From contig CAXHJY010000036.1 of NCBI GenBank assembly GCA_964016885.1, positions 1 to 55,659 on the forward strand: a DNA stretch of 55,659 bases, written 5' to 3'. Position numbers and translations under genes: made by a program. The stretch comes from Eledone cirrhosa. Taxonomy: Eukaryota. The notes under the pieces were generated by a model. It ran no database searches and had not been told where the DNA came from. It saw only the letters and a program-made list of their open reading frames with translations. Below, piece after piece: positions 38,951 to 52,495 of this stretch. Each line of letters starts with the position of its first letter. Position 1 is the stretch's first letter.

Positions 38951-39975
38951 GAGTTAGAAGCGAAACGAAATTTAATTTCGTTTCGTTATTTGTTTTTATC
39001 GTTTCCGCTGAACCGGTGCGTACAATGACTCACGTTCTATGCAAATTAGTCTACCCACTACTAATTTTCATAGAAAAAGCATATAACAATATGTGCTTTT
39101 ACAATTCTCCAGAGAAGCCGGAAGATGGGTAAATATTGCTGATGAGATGTAATAACATCGAAACTAGTCCAATATTCCTGTCTGGCCCTCTGGAGAATAG
39201 AGGAAATGTGTTTCCTTGAAACCTCGTATGACTCTAAAACCCGGTCCGTCTGTGTGGTTACATACAGACTAGCTGACACTCACTGTAAAGTGTCTAGTGA
39301 AAAAACTGAGTACATGTACAGATGTATACATGTGTGTATTTATATGCATACTAATACTTCCGTATACATATGTAGATGTACACTTTAACTTAATTGTTTA
39401 AGCGTCAGTCATACAAAAGTGAGTTAGAAGCGAAACGAAATTTAATTTCGTTTCGTTATTTGTTTTTATATATTATATATTTATACATATATATATATAA
39501 TATATATTATATATATATATTATATATATATATAATATATATTATATATTTATATACATATATATATATAATATATATTATATATTTATATACATATATA
39601 TATATAATATATATATATTATATATATATATAATATATATTATATATTTATATATATATATTATATATATATATAATATATATTATATATTTATATATAT
39701 ATATTATATATATATATAATATATATTATATATTTATATATATATATTATATATATATATAATATATATTATATATTTCGTTTCTGAATTTGTTTAGCAA
39801 GATTCTTTATCTGAAATCGTGTGTTGAAACCGATATTGTTACACTTTGGGAGGGTCATGCTGCCAATAAGAAACACACGCACCAGTTGCTTTCACTTCAA
39901 TTTAATTTATTAAATATTTATAAATTTCTGGTTGGTTGGTTGGTTCCACAACCAGATAGTTGTTTATATATATAT

Positions 39976-40020
39976 AGTCATAGTTCTTTCGTCACACACT
40001 CTGTGACCTCTTCAGTGACT
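39976..40020 (-). ncRNA. Hammerhead ribozyme motif in the inverted pLTR
   Basis: Reverse complement of 41257-41301. Confidence 0.75.
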
Positions 40021-40199
40021 GGGGATTTCTTTCTTCGTTTCTGTGCCTTTCCTTTCTTCTATCCTACGCCATTTTGTTTGTGTGTGGGTTGCGTGCTCAG
40101 TTTGCGCATGCGCCACATCCGGGTGTCTGTGTGTGTTTGTGTTCATTTTTCTATTTTTCTATTTATATTTTTCTATTTGTTTGTTTATTTATTTATTTA

Positions 40200-40951
40200 C
40201 AACACTTCATCCACCGTATGCAGTTCTCTGGCTACAATCAGAGAGATAGAATCAGAGTGTATAAAGGAGCCAGAACAAATGGGAAAAAATGGTAAATAAT
40301 GACATAAATGGGACCTGCCCCTTGTATAGGAGCAAATTTTGGAATAGAATAGAAAGAACTAAGAACAAGGCCAATAGAATAAACTCATGGTATGATAGCA
40401 ATAAATACCAGAGTGTAATGTTCATCAATACAACCCCTAGAGGCGAACTAGCCTACAAATTTAGAAGGGCCCTAAAGAAACATAATCTCAATATTAAGAT
40501 AGTAGAAAGACCTGGTACCTCCGTAAAAACACTTATTAGCAAGACATACCCGTTCCAAAGACCCTCATGTATAGATAAAAAATGTATAACCTGTAAAATA
40601 AGCCCCCATATTAACTGTAAAACTAGAAATGTAGTATATAGCATAAGATGTACTGAAGGACAATGTAGAAACAAAAATGTAGTGTACATAGGTGAGACAG
40701 CTCGTAGTATAGGGGAACGAATAAATGAACACTGGCGAGACCTCCAAGATAGTAAAGAATCATCTGTGCTCTACCAACATGCTAAGATAGAACACAGGGG
40801 TAAATTAGAGAGCATAGAAATAAAAATAGAATCCACACACAAGAAAGACGCAATGTTTAGGCAAATTACAGAGGCAGTAAGCATAAAAGAATTAAAACCA
40901 AAATTAAATAGAAAATATGAGTGGAACAGCAACATCACAACTTACAATTAA
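40200..40951 (+). pseudogene. PLE ORF C-terminus: Zn-binding linker plus GIY-YIG endonuclease (1-nt frameshift near 40277)
   Basis: C..CxxC..NCKTRNVVYSIRC..VYIGETARSIGERINEH..H..H..RQITEAVSI..LN. Confidence 0.88.
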
Positions 40952-41256
40952 GGACAAAATGAAAACACACACACACATAGAACAAACAACTTACAATTGA
41001 AAACACACACAAAATGAAAACACACACAAGACAAAATGAAAACACACACACACATAGAACAAACAACCAACCAACAATAAATAAATAAATAAACAAACAA
41101 ATAGAAAAATATAAATAGAAAAATAGAAAAATGAACACAAACACACACAGACACCCGGATGTGGCGCATGCGCAAACTGAGCACGCAACCCACACACAAA
41201 CAAAATGGCGTAGGATAGAAGAAAGGAAAGGCACAGAAACGAAGAAAGAAATCCCC

Positions 41257-41301
41257 AGTCACTGAAGAGGTCACAGAGTGTGTGACGAAAGAACTATGAC
41301 T
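41257..41301 (+). ncRNA. Type I hammerhead ribozyme motif in the PLE pLTR
   Basis: AGUCA-CUGAAGA-G-GUCAC AGAGUGU GUGAC-GAAAG-AA-CUA-UGACU. Confidence 0.78.
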
Positions 41302-41522
41302 ATATATATATATAAACAACTATCTGGTTGTGGAACCAACCAACCAACCAGAAATTTATAAATATTTAATAAATTAAATTGAAGTGAAAGCAACTGGTGC
41401 GTGTGTTTCTTATTGGCAGCATGACCCTCCCAAAGTGTAACAATATATTATATATTTATATATATATATTATATATATATATATAATATATATTATATAT
41501 TTATATATATATATATATAATA

Positions 41523-41980
41523 TGCAAAGTTTTATTTAAATTGTTGGGTTACAACGAGTAAATATTTATAACTGATATAAAAGCACTCAACAAGTATTTG
41601 GAGTATATTTACGATATTAAATAAATGGAAACTATATTTATAAAACCATATTTATTTCATTATATATATATTTCAGGGATATCATATTAAAAATATGGTA
41701 TGCCTTCTTCAGACAAAATACAATATAAACAGTCTTATAAATAGTCTTATAAATAGATAGATTTGACATACCTTTCAACTTCAACTTCCATTTAAAAATC
41801 AACTTTTTAAATGGAAGTTGAAGTTGAAAGGTATGTCAAATCTATCTATTTATAAGACTATTTATATTGTATTTTGTCTGAAGAAGGCATACCATATTTT
41901 TAATATGATATCCCTGAAATATATATAATGAAATAAATATGGTTTTATAAATATAGTTTCCATTTATTTAATATCGTATA
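41523..41980 (-). mobile_element. Family A fold-back element (hammerheads at 41653-41720 minus and 41870-41935 plus)
   Basis: Homologous to 6405-6848, in the opposite orientation. Confidence 0.85.
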
Positions 41981-42121
41981 TATATATAATATATATTATA
42001 TATTATATATAATATATATTATATATTATATATAATATATATTATATATTATATATTTATATATATATATTATATTTATATATTTATATATATAATATAT
42101 ATTATATATATATTATATATT

Positions 42122-42153
<32 letters not shown>

Positions 42154-42693
42154 ATTATATATTTATATATATAATATATATTATATATATATATAATATA
42201 TATTATATATATATATTATATATTTATATATATATATATATTTATATATATATAATATATATTTATATATATAATATATATTATATATATATATAATATA
42301 TATTATATATATATATAATATATATTATATATATATATTATATATTTATATATATAATATATATTATTTATATATATAATATATATTATATATATATATA
42401 ATATATATTATATATATATATAATATATATTATATATATATAATATATATTATATATATATAATATATATTATATATATATAATATATATTATATATACC
42501 AACACCCCACTCTCCAGAGCGTGAAATTAATAAACATTCTTTGTACTGCCTTTCCATTATATATTTATATATATATAATATATATTATATATTTATATAT
42601 ATATAATATATATTATATAGTTATATATATATAATATATATTATATATTTATATATAATATATATATAATATATATTATATATATATATATAT
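41981..42693. repeat. Degenerate (TA)n tract
   Basis: Direct reading. Confidence 0.9.
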
Positions 42694-42936
42694 CGAAGCA
42701 ATTAATTGAAGACGTTACGTCCTTAAAACTGCACTGTAATGTTCCCAAGTAAGTTATAAAGCAAGACATTTCCCCGCCAATGAACATCTTTGCCGCTTAA
42801 TGCACTGAAGACTGATTGGAAATACGACTCCCAGCTGTTTGCTACAGTAGTAATTATTATTCTGGCGAAATTTTCGGTCAAATCTATACTCAAATATTTA
42901 ATTGAACCACGTTGCTTTATTATATACAATAACAGA

Positions 42937-43128
42937 GTGGTGGATTGGCAGTATCGGTAGAGGGTCGAACGCCATGCTTTGATGCATGGAGTTACGGCCC
43001 TTTCCAATATGAGTTCAAATCCCGCCGAGGTTAACTTTGCCTTTCATCCCTGCGGGGTCGATAAAATAAAGTACCAGTAATGCACTGGGATAATTGCTGG
43101 CCTTGTGCCAAAAGTAGAAACAATTATA
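42937..43128 (+). mobile_element. SINE family S1
   Basis: Homology to other copies. Confidence 0.85.
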
Positions 43129-43252
43129 TACAATAACAGGTTGCTTACCACAAAGTGGTCAAACACAGGGATTTCAAAATTTAGAATTATCGAATTGGAT
43201 CGGTCAAAATATCAATTATCTGTCCTAATATATGTTTGTTTGTTTTTTATTC

Positions 43253-43692
43253 TCTCGCAATCATATACTTGTACGGAAGTGAAACATGGCACCTTAAGAC
43301 CAGCCAAGAGAAGAAGTTGGACGCATTCGATTCCAGATGTCTGCGAAAGATCCTGAGGATTAAATGGAATGACCATGTAACAAACCAGGAAGTCAGGAAC
43401 CGCACCAACCAGCAGCTAGTCTCTTCTGCCATCTGCAAGCGACGCCTGGGCTGGTTTGGGCATGCTTTGAGACTTCCCCCCGGAGAGACTGGCGAACCAA
43501 GTACTTAAATGGAACCCACAGGGAAGCAGACGGAGAGGGCGACCCAAAATGAACTGGCGCCAGACAGTTGAGAGGGACCTGCGAGCGACAAACAGACAAT
43601 GGCAGGACGCTGTGCAACTGGATGCTGACCGAACGCGCTGGAGCACTATGATTGCCTCATGCGTCGCAAGACGCGGGAGCGTCTGAGTCTGA
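43253..43692 (+). mobile_element. RTE LINE 3' fragment (frameshifted)
   Basis: LYGSETW..KLDAFDSRCLRKILRIKW..RRLGWFGHALR; then WNPQGSRRRGRPKMNWR. Confidence 0.85.
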
Positions 43693-43760
43693 ATCATATA
43701 ACTATAGATTTTTTTTTTTTTTTTTCATTTACAAAATTATTTTAATGTGACAAACTGTTT

Positions 43761-43890
43761 ACAGCCACCTCCCTACTCAGCACCATCGGCACAGAGTTGG
43801 CTACCCACAGCTGTGGGATTCGCGAGCTGGAATGGCTCATTCAGCGCCTCTCCCTTATCATCCTCCGGAAAAACGCCTTCTCTATTCATT
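43761..43890 (+). pseudogene. CRE-like (restriction-like endonuclease) LINE C-terminal relic
   Basis: Manual translation ATSLLSTIGTELA..RELEWLIQRLSLIILRKNAFSI resembles the QRLSxxxQRGNA motif. Confidence 0.55.
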
Positions 43891-43985
43891 GGCCCCCATT
43901 TGCTCGTAATAGTGAGAGATGGTGAGACCTAGGTAGTGACTGTGGGAGTTTGTTTCCTTTGTGTTCGGACTTGGTGTATATGTGA

Positions 43986-44196
43986 AGGCGTGAGGCAGAA
44001 TGGTTAGAGAATTGGATTCGCAATCGTGAGGTTGTGAGTTCGATTCCCGTACCGGGCGATGCATTATGTCCTTGAGCAAGACACTTTATTTCACGTTGCT
44101 CCTTCTACCTGAAGTTGCGACCGATAGATAGTATTAGCAATTGGAAAGACCAACGGAAACATTGTTTCCTCGGTCCGATTTGACGAAAGTCGATCG
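43986..44196 (+). mobile_element. tRNA-derived SINE (same family as 6058)
   Basis: Collinear with 6058-6268. Confidence 0.8.
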
Positions 44197-44545
44197 TTCC
44201 TTTTTGTTTTATGTATATGTATATATGTTTCACAGACATCTATCTGACATGAGTACAGAAAAGGAAAAAGAAAAGGAAACGGAGAAAATGAAAGAAGGAT
44301 CAAGCAACGAAAGAAAGTGAGTGGGGGAGGGAGAGTCACTACACCCCTGTCTGAGTGGAGCCGCCAAATACGAATAGGACTTGATCTACTTTACTGAAGA
44401 AAAGTTCAGGGATTCGCATCCTAATGCTGGAGCTGTTTCTGTCACGCTTTCCTTAACATATTTCTAATTCAAAAAATACCTGTATAGAATGTTCAAATTA
44501 TTTTGAAAGTAATCAAGAATTTGAAGGAATTTAGTAATATAACTA

Positions 44546-44714
44546 CCGTATTTCCCGGTGCCGAAGACGCTTCGTCCTCGAGGACGCACCCTAATTTTGA
44601 CAACCAAAAATTTGAAAAAAAAAAATGAACAACCTTCGGCTTCCAGGACGCATGGTAGAATTTTTTAAACTTATTTTTGGAAAAAAATAGCGTCTTCGAC
44701 GCCGGGAAATGCGG
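44546..44714. mobile_element. pogo/Tc2-type MITE
   Basis: TA-CCGTATTTCCCGGTGCCGAAGACGCT...AGCGTCTTCGACGCCGGGAAATGCGG-TA. Confidence 0.85.
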
Positions 44715-44947
44715 TAACTTCCTCGTTATTTGATGTTTGGAACATAACATAACTTCTTGCTTAAAATGATGATTGGATATTTGTAGGTAAAGCATTTAAA
44801 AATAAACAGCTTTGTATTAAAAACCTTGGGCAGTTTTTCGGGTGGTTTGGTATCAAAAGTGTTAAGATCAAGTCTTTTATAAATACTTTGTTTTTCAACC
44901 TTCTTTTTCCATGACAGAAAGCTTATCACCTTTGGTGATAATATATA

Positions 44948-45569
44948 TAATTGTTTCTACTTTGGGCACAAGGCCAGCAATTTCCCAGTGCATTACTGGT
45001 ACTTTATTTTATCGACCCTCGACCCTGTAATGATGAAAGGCAAATTTAACCTCGACAGGATTTGAACTCAAAGTGTAGAGGGCCACAACTCTATGCCAAC
45101 AAAGCATATTGTCCGACACTCTACTGATACTGCCATTCATAATAATTGTTTCTACTTTTGGCACAAGGCCAGCAATTATCCCAGTGCATTACTGGTACTT
45201 TATTTTATCGACCTTGTAAGGATAAAAGGCAAAGTTATGTTAGAAATCAATAATTATTAAACTGTTTCCTTTTCAATGAAATACAGGTTCAATCTCTATG
45301 CTAATGTTTCTTAATGTGAGTTCCAAGGAACACGAAGACATCGCTATAAAAGGAGATTGGCGGGATTTGAACTCAGAATGGAAAGGGGCGTAACTCTATG
45401 CGTCAAAGCATGGCGTCCGACCCTCTACCGATACTGCCAATCCACCGCCCTTGATAATGTATATAATGTATATAATTGTTTCTACTTTGGGAACAAGGCC
45501 AGCAGTCACCCAGTGCATTACTGGTACTTTATTTTATCGACCCCGTAAGGATGAAAGGCAAAGTTAACT
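44948..45569 (-). mobile_element. Cluster of S1 SINEs
   Basis: Three tandem or partial copies; one is interrupted by a 124-bp insert. Confidence 0.8.
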
Positions 45570-45639
45570 AATAAAGTTTTAACAGAAAACTTATGGTGAA
45601 CAAAAAAAAATGTTACAATTTCAGTATCTGATGAAAATA

Positions 45640-45770
45640 TCTTTTGCTGCACACCATTTTTATTAGAATGAGGCAAAATAGAATAAACCTTGTAATAACC
45701 AATGGCGTTGATTTCATTTATAACCTCATCTAAAACAAGCTGTAGTCGATGACTCAACGACACTTTAAAC
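45640..45770 (-). pseudogene. Decayed hAT transposase fragment (KIAA1586/ZNF862-like)
   Basis: SLSHRLQLVLDEVINEI..VYSI..SNKN resembles the CxxHRLQL motif. Confidence 0.4.
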
Positions 45771-45889
45771 ATCTAGTAATTCTTAAATTAATTTTGTAAT
45801 TTTCTTCCTGACTTGGTCTTCTTTTCGTCAGAAGATAAAATCATCCACTGCTTCTTTAACCCTTTAGCATTTCATTACCATTAAAAGGA

Positions 45890-45973
45890 GCCTGACGAGC
45901 CGTGGATTACAGAATCGGGCTAGATCGATACAGATCGAACCTTGAGCTGATCAGTGGCGAAACGCGCGTCAGC
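45890..45973 (+). ncRNA. Hammerhead-like motif with a long stem II
   Basis: CUGACGA-GCC..GGC-GAAAC-GCGC-GUC followed by AATAAA; stem I is weak. Confidence 0.55.
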
Positions 45974-46174
45974 AACCAATAAACGTAATGAAGGAGTAAC
46001 CACTCGTCCTTATTTTATTTTATAATACACTCTGTCTAGCTCTACACCTCGACACAGAAGTGAACCTAAACGTCGAGTTCTCACCCGGTTGAACCTACAG
46101 TAACTCCACGTTACACTCCCTGGATATATATATATGTGTCTGTGTGTAACTATTCCGCAGGCTTCGTTAACAAA

Positions 46175-46213
<39 letters not shown>

Positions 46214-46217
<4 letters not shown>

Positions 46218-46636
46218 GATATTAAATAAATGGAAACTATATTTATAAAACCATATTTATTTCATTATACATATTTCAGGGATACCAAATTAAAATATGG
46301 CATACCTTCGTCAGATAAAATACAATATATAAACAGTTTTATAAATAATTTTGACGTACCCTATCCAGACAGCTTCCAAAAATAATGGTCGCTTCTAATA
46401 GGGTACGTCAAAATTATTTATAAAACTGTTTATATATTGTATTTTATCTGACGAAGGCATGCCATATTTTAATTTGGTATCCCTGAAATATGTATAATGA
46501 AATAAATATGGTTTTATAAATATAGTTTCCATTTATTTAATATCGTATATCTACTCCAAAAACTTGTCGAGTGCTTTATATCAGTTATAAAATATTTACG
46601 TGTTGTATCCCAACAATTTTAAATAAAACTTTTGCA
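46214..46636 (+). mobile_element. Family A fold-back element (hammerheads at 46258-46322 minus and 46440-46504 plus)
   Basis: Homologous to 6405-6848. Confidence 0.85.
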
Positions 46637-46766
46637 TATATACATATATATATATACATGGAATTGTGTGAATCCTAAACCGCACGAGTGTTGTTACAAT
46701 TATTTTCTGCATTTAGTATTACCAAATTTTTTAATTTCTTATCCTCCTAGTGCTTCGATAAATATA

Positions 46767-46800
<34 letters not shown>

Positions 46801-46801
<1 letters not shown>

Positions 46802-46908
46802 TTGTTAAAATAACAGATAAAAGTTTAAGCAAAGAATCGCTGCTTTCACCCTTAACGGGATCTTCTGAGCCCTCTTTGGATTTTAGTCTTGAAATTTATT
46901 ATTATTAC
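46801..46908 (-). mobile_element. PLE end fragment with a truncated hammerhead
   Basis: Reverse complement GAAGA-TCCC GTTAA GGGT-GAAAGCAGCGATTC; homolog at 48915-49060. Confidence 0.6.
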
Positions 46909-46930
46909 TATATATATATATATATATATA

Positions 46931-47338
46931 TGTTGAGTATATGTTGGTTGTTTGCCGACCCCTCAATATGCAGATTGGAGCAAGCGACGAAGTGCGCAGG
47001 TTGGTTTGGTTACTCCGGAGTAATGTAAAATAAACTAAAATAAATAAGTAAAATATTTAAAATTTGGCTTCGTTTATTACTGCTATATATATTTCGGTGA
47101 CAGCCATCTTTGGCTGTGACCTTTTCAGACAGTCCTAATTCGTGTGGTAGAGACCAGTGCACATGTTGTTGAGGTGTTAACTTTGTCAATACTCTGATAT
47201 GCCCAGTTCCTGGATGGGTTGTTGTTTCTATGAGGAACTCCAGTTATTAGCAACATGACCCTCCCAAAGCATAACAATATCGGTTTCAACACACGTTTTC
47301 AGATAAAGAATCTTGCTAAACAAATACAGAAACGAAAT
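46931..47338 (-). mobile_element. Family D element (hammerhead 47079-47133 with CUGAAAA) joined to the coding-PLE tail
   Basis: Homologous to 19930-20110; 47250-47338 matches the reverse complement of 39776-39860. Confidence 0.7.
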
Positions 47339-47366
47339 TTATTTATATATATAATATATATATATA

Positions 47367-47415
<49 letters not shown>

Positions 47416-47624
47416 ATTTATATATTTATATATATATATATTTATGTATATATATATATATATATATTTATGTATATATATATATATATATATTTATGTA
47501 TATATATATATATATATATATTTATGTATATATATATATATATATATATTTATGTATATATATATATATATATATTTATGTATATATATATATATATATA
47601 TTTATGTATATATATATATATATT

Positions 47625-47659
<35 letters not shown>

Positions 47660-48163
47660 GTATATATATATATATATATTTATGTATATATATATATATA
47701 TATATTTATGTATATATATATATATATATATTTATGTATATATATATATATATATATATATTTATGTATATATATATATATATTTATATATTTATGTATA
47801 TATATATATATTTATATATTTATGTATATATATATATATTTATATATTTGTGTATATATATATATATATTTATTTATGTATGTATATATATATATATTTA
47901 TTTATGTATGTATATATATATATATTTATTTATGTATGTATATATATATATATATATTTATGTATGTATATATATATATTTATGTATGTATATATATATA
48001 TTTATTTATGTGTATATATACATATTTATTTATGTATATATATATATATATATATTTATTTATGTATATATATATATATTATTTATATATATATATATAT
48101 ATATATATTATTTATATATATATATATATATATATATTATTTATATATATATATATATATATA

Positions 48164-48199
<36 letters not shown>

Positions 48200-48250
48200 T
48201 ATATATATATATATATATATATTATTTATATATATATATATATATATATA

Positions 48251-48320
<70 letters not shown>

Positions 48321-48340
48321 ATATATATATATTATTTATG

Positions 48341-48397
<57 letters not shown>

Positions 48398-48874
48398 ATA
48401 TTATATATATATATATATATATTATTTATGTATATATATATATATATATATATTTATTTATGTATATATATATATATATTTATTTATGTATATATATATA
48501 TATATATTTATTTATGTATATATATATATATATTTATTTATGTATATATATATATATATATATTTATTTATGTATATATATATATATATATATATATTTA
48601 TTTATGTATATATATATATATATATATATATTTATTTATGTATATATATATATATATTTATTTATGTATATATATATATATATATATTTATTTATGTATA
48701 TATATATATATATATATTTATTTATGTATATATATATATATATATATATTTATTTATGTATATATATATATATATATATATTTATTTATGTATATATATA
48801 TATATATATTTATTTATGTATATATATATATATATATATTTATTTATGTATATATATATATATATATATTTATT

Positions 48875-48905
<31 letters not shown>

Positions 48906-48914
48906 GCATATATA
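47339..48914. repeat. TTTATG(TA)n compound microsatellite
   Basis: Direct reading. Confidence 0.95.
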
Positions 48915-49057
48915 TTTATTAAAATAACAGATTAAAGTTTAAGCAAAGAATCGCTGCTTTCACCCTTTGCTTAAACTTTAATGTTATTTCAATAAATATT
49001 TGCTCTACGCTTCTTATATAGCCCTCTTTGGATTTTAGTCTTCAAATTTATTATTAT

Positions 49058-49060
<3 letters not shown>
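48915..49060. mobile_element. Fold-back copy of the 46801 family
   Basis: ..AAAGTTTAAGCAAAG..CTTTGCTTAAACTTT.. plus a shared tail. Confidence 0.65.
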
Positions 49061-49098
<38 letters not shown>

Positions 49099-49977
49099 GG
49101 CTGGGTTTCTGTTTTGGGGTGTGTTCCATCGATGCTTGTGTCGATATTTTATTTATCCGGTTAGCGGTCGCTTAAATAAACATTCATATATTTCCGTTAC
49201 TAATTTTCTCCTAATGCAGTTTAGATATAATATCGTCTTTTTTTAATGTATCATGGATTTCGTTACTGATTACATAAGAGAGTGTAACACAGTCTTCGTT
49301 CAATTTCTGTGTATGCGTATAATATGAATATGCACACTACACATGCTAGCAGAAAACCCCCCGAGGGGTGGTTTTTTTGTTAAATTTTATTAGAAATCTC
49401 CTTTTATAGCGATGTCTTCGTGTTCCTTGGAACTCACATTAAGAAACATTAGCATAGTGATTGAACCTGTATTTCATTGAAAAGGAAACAGTTTAATAAT
49501 TATTGATTTCTAACATAAGCACAAAGTGACATAGATACTCGACTAAATAGACCTTAGTTTATAACTGGTATTTTAATAGTGGTGATAGTGGTGGAGGAGA
49601 AGGCTCGCCCCGGGTCAGCCCTGACTGAGCCAGATCTTTGATAAAGAAAAACATTCTAGTCATAACCATACCGTCCTTTTCTGAAGCATTGCATTGTCTA
49701 AGAGTATATTATCCGCAAGACCGGAACATCAGCAGCCTGTCTGACGAAGGAGCACAGCGAGGTGGGATGGCTGTTGCAGCGGGTGTCGCTGGCCATTATA
49801 CGCGAAAATGCTTTTCTTCTGTGACTGTAGAACCCTTGCCCTTGCTTTCAGTTTCGCTTTTTTGCTGTTGTTATTTGAATTAGATTTGTTTCAGGATTTT
49901 TTTTTGATTTTTATTACTAAAACATATTTGGCTGATTTTCTAATGTAAAATCTTCATCTTGGAAGGTTTTGTTTTAA

Positions 49978-50185
49978 CCCTTTAGCATTTACATTACTCT
50001 ATAGTTACTATTATATTTTCAGGGTAAAGGCATTATCTCACATAATAGCGAATCTATGAGATTTTGATATTATTCATTTTGGGAACACTACCTTAACATA
50101 AGTATGAGCAGCTGGTTACAGACGGTTAAAACAGAAAGAGGTGAGAGAATTCTGGCCGGATACGGCCGGTTTAAATGCTAAAGGG
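49978..50185. mobile_element. piggyBac-type MITE
   Basis: TTAA-CCCTTTAGCATTTA...TAAATGCTAAAGGG-TTAA; orphan left end also at 45860. Confidence 0.85.
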
Positions 50186-50779
50186 TTAAGGATTTTTTTT
50201 CTTTCTATGAATAAAACATATTTAGCTGATGGAAAGTTTTGTTTTAATGGTCATTTGTTTAGTTTTGGTTTCCAGTTAGTTGCATAAACAAATAATTATA
50301 GAAAAATGTTTAAATGTCATGATCTCCAAAACATTGAGGTGCATTCAATATGTACACAGCCTCATAAATAGAATCTGTAGTAAAATATTATGAAACTTGA
50401 TACATTTTGTTTACGAAATATGATATATTTAATTTATATCAAATAAACTTGAGGAAGTAGCAAGAGAAAAGTGTGTACCGTTCGTTGAAAATTTAATTGT
50501 CTACGCAGACAAAGCTGGAGAGGATTTTCTTGATATTTATTTGTTGGTTTTGTTTGTGTTAGTTTGTTTGTTTGTTTATTTTTGTGGTTTTTTCTTGTTT
50601 GTGTGTTTTTTACAAGTTGTTTTGACATTTGTTAAAATATTAGCATAGTGCTGGTGAAAAACGACAGGGTTTAATGGAGTCCGGAAGAGCTTAATGCAAA
50701 CATAATTTGGCAGATCCAGGTATAATGCTTTGCGGGGTTCATTCCGACTCTCTGCACGCCGAGTTCAAATCCCTCCTTT

Positions 50780-50852
50780 CATTATTTATATATATATATA
50801 TATTATATATATAAAATTATATATATATTATATATACATATTATATATATAT

Positions 50853-50887
<35 letters not shown>

Positions 50888-51420
50888 ATATATATATTAT
50901 ATATATATATTATTATATATATATATTATTATATATATATATTATATATATATTATATATATATTATATATATATTATATATATATTATATATATATTAT
51001 ATATATATATTATATATATATATTATATATATATATTATATATATATTATATATATATTATATATATTATATATATATTATATATATATTATATATATTA
51101 TATATATATTATATATATATTATATATATATTATATATATATTATATATTATATATATATTATATATATTATATTATATATATATTATATATATTATATA
51201 TAATATATACTATATATATTATATATTATATATATTATATATATATATTATATATATATATATTATATATTATATATATATATTATATATATTATATATA
51301 TATTATATATATTATATATATATTATATATATTATATATATATTATATATATTATATATAATATATACTATATATATTATATATTATATATATTATATAT
51401 ATATATATTATATATATATA

Positions 51421-51465
<45 letters not shown>

Positions 51466-51650
51466 TATATATATTATATATATATATATTATATATTATA
51501 TATATATTATATATATATATATTATATATATTATATATATATATTATATATATATATATTATATATATATATTATATATATATATTATATATATTATATA
51601 TATATATATTATATATATATTATATATATATATTATATATATATTATATA

Positions 51651-51693
<43 letters not shown>

Positions 51694-51773
51694 ATATATA
51701 TTATATATATATATATATTATATATATATATATATATTATATATATATATATATATTATATATATATATATAT

Positions 51774-51805
<32 letters not shown>

Positions 51806-51930
51806 ATTATATATATATATATATATTATATATATATATATATTATATATATATATATTATATATATATATATATTATATATATATATATATATTATATA
51901 TATATATTATATATATATATATTATATATA
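50780..51930. repeat. Degenerate (TA)n tract
   Basis: Direct reading. Confidence 0.95.
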
Positions 51931-52146
51931 TTTCGTTTCTGAATTTGTTTAGCAAGATTCTTTATCTGAAATCGTGTGTTGAAACCGATATTGTTATACT
52001 TTGGGAGGGTCATGTTGCCAATAAGAAACACACGCACCAGTAGCTTTCACTTCAATTTAATTTAATATATATTTATAAATTTACAAATTTATAAATTTCT
52101 GGTTGGTTGGTTGGTTCCACAACCAGATAGTTGTTTATATATATAT

Positions 52147-52191
52147 AGTCATAGTTCTTTCGTCACACACTCTGTGACCTCTTCAGTGACT
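52147..52191 (-). ncRNA. Hammerhead ribozyme motif in the PLE pLTR
   Basis: Identical to the 41257-41301 motif. Confidence 0.78.
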
Positions 52192-52495
52192 GGGGATTTC
52201 TTTCTTCGTTTCTGTGCCTTTCCTTTCTTCTATCCTACGCCATTTTGTTTGTGTGTGGGTTGCGTGCTCAGTTTGCGCATGCGCCACATCCGGGTGTCTG
52301 TGTGTGTTTGTGTTCATTTTTCTATTTTTCTATTTTTATATTTATATTTGTTTGTTTATTTATTTATTTATTGTTGGTTGGTTGTTTGTTCTATGTGTGT
52401 GTGTGTTTTCATTTTGTCTTGTGTGTGTTTTCATTTTGTGTGTGTTTTCAACTGTAAGTTGTTTATATATGTGTGTGTGTGTTTTCATTTTGTCC

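Larger units (their letters stand above)
39776..41446 (+). mobile_element. 5'-truncated Penelope-like retroelement with an inverted pseudo-LTR, in (TA)n
   Basis: Inverted pLTR at 39776-40198, ORF remnant, and pLTR to 41446. Confidence 0.9.

Noticed and set aside
39790-40299. Hydrophobic ORFs repeated at 40948, 52111 and 54324
   Set aside because: Antisense translation of the low-complexity pLTR
49350-49380. Rho-independent terminator-like hairpin plus T run
   Set aside because: Eukaryotic context; at most a Helitron-like 3' end on the minus strand, unsupported
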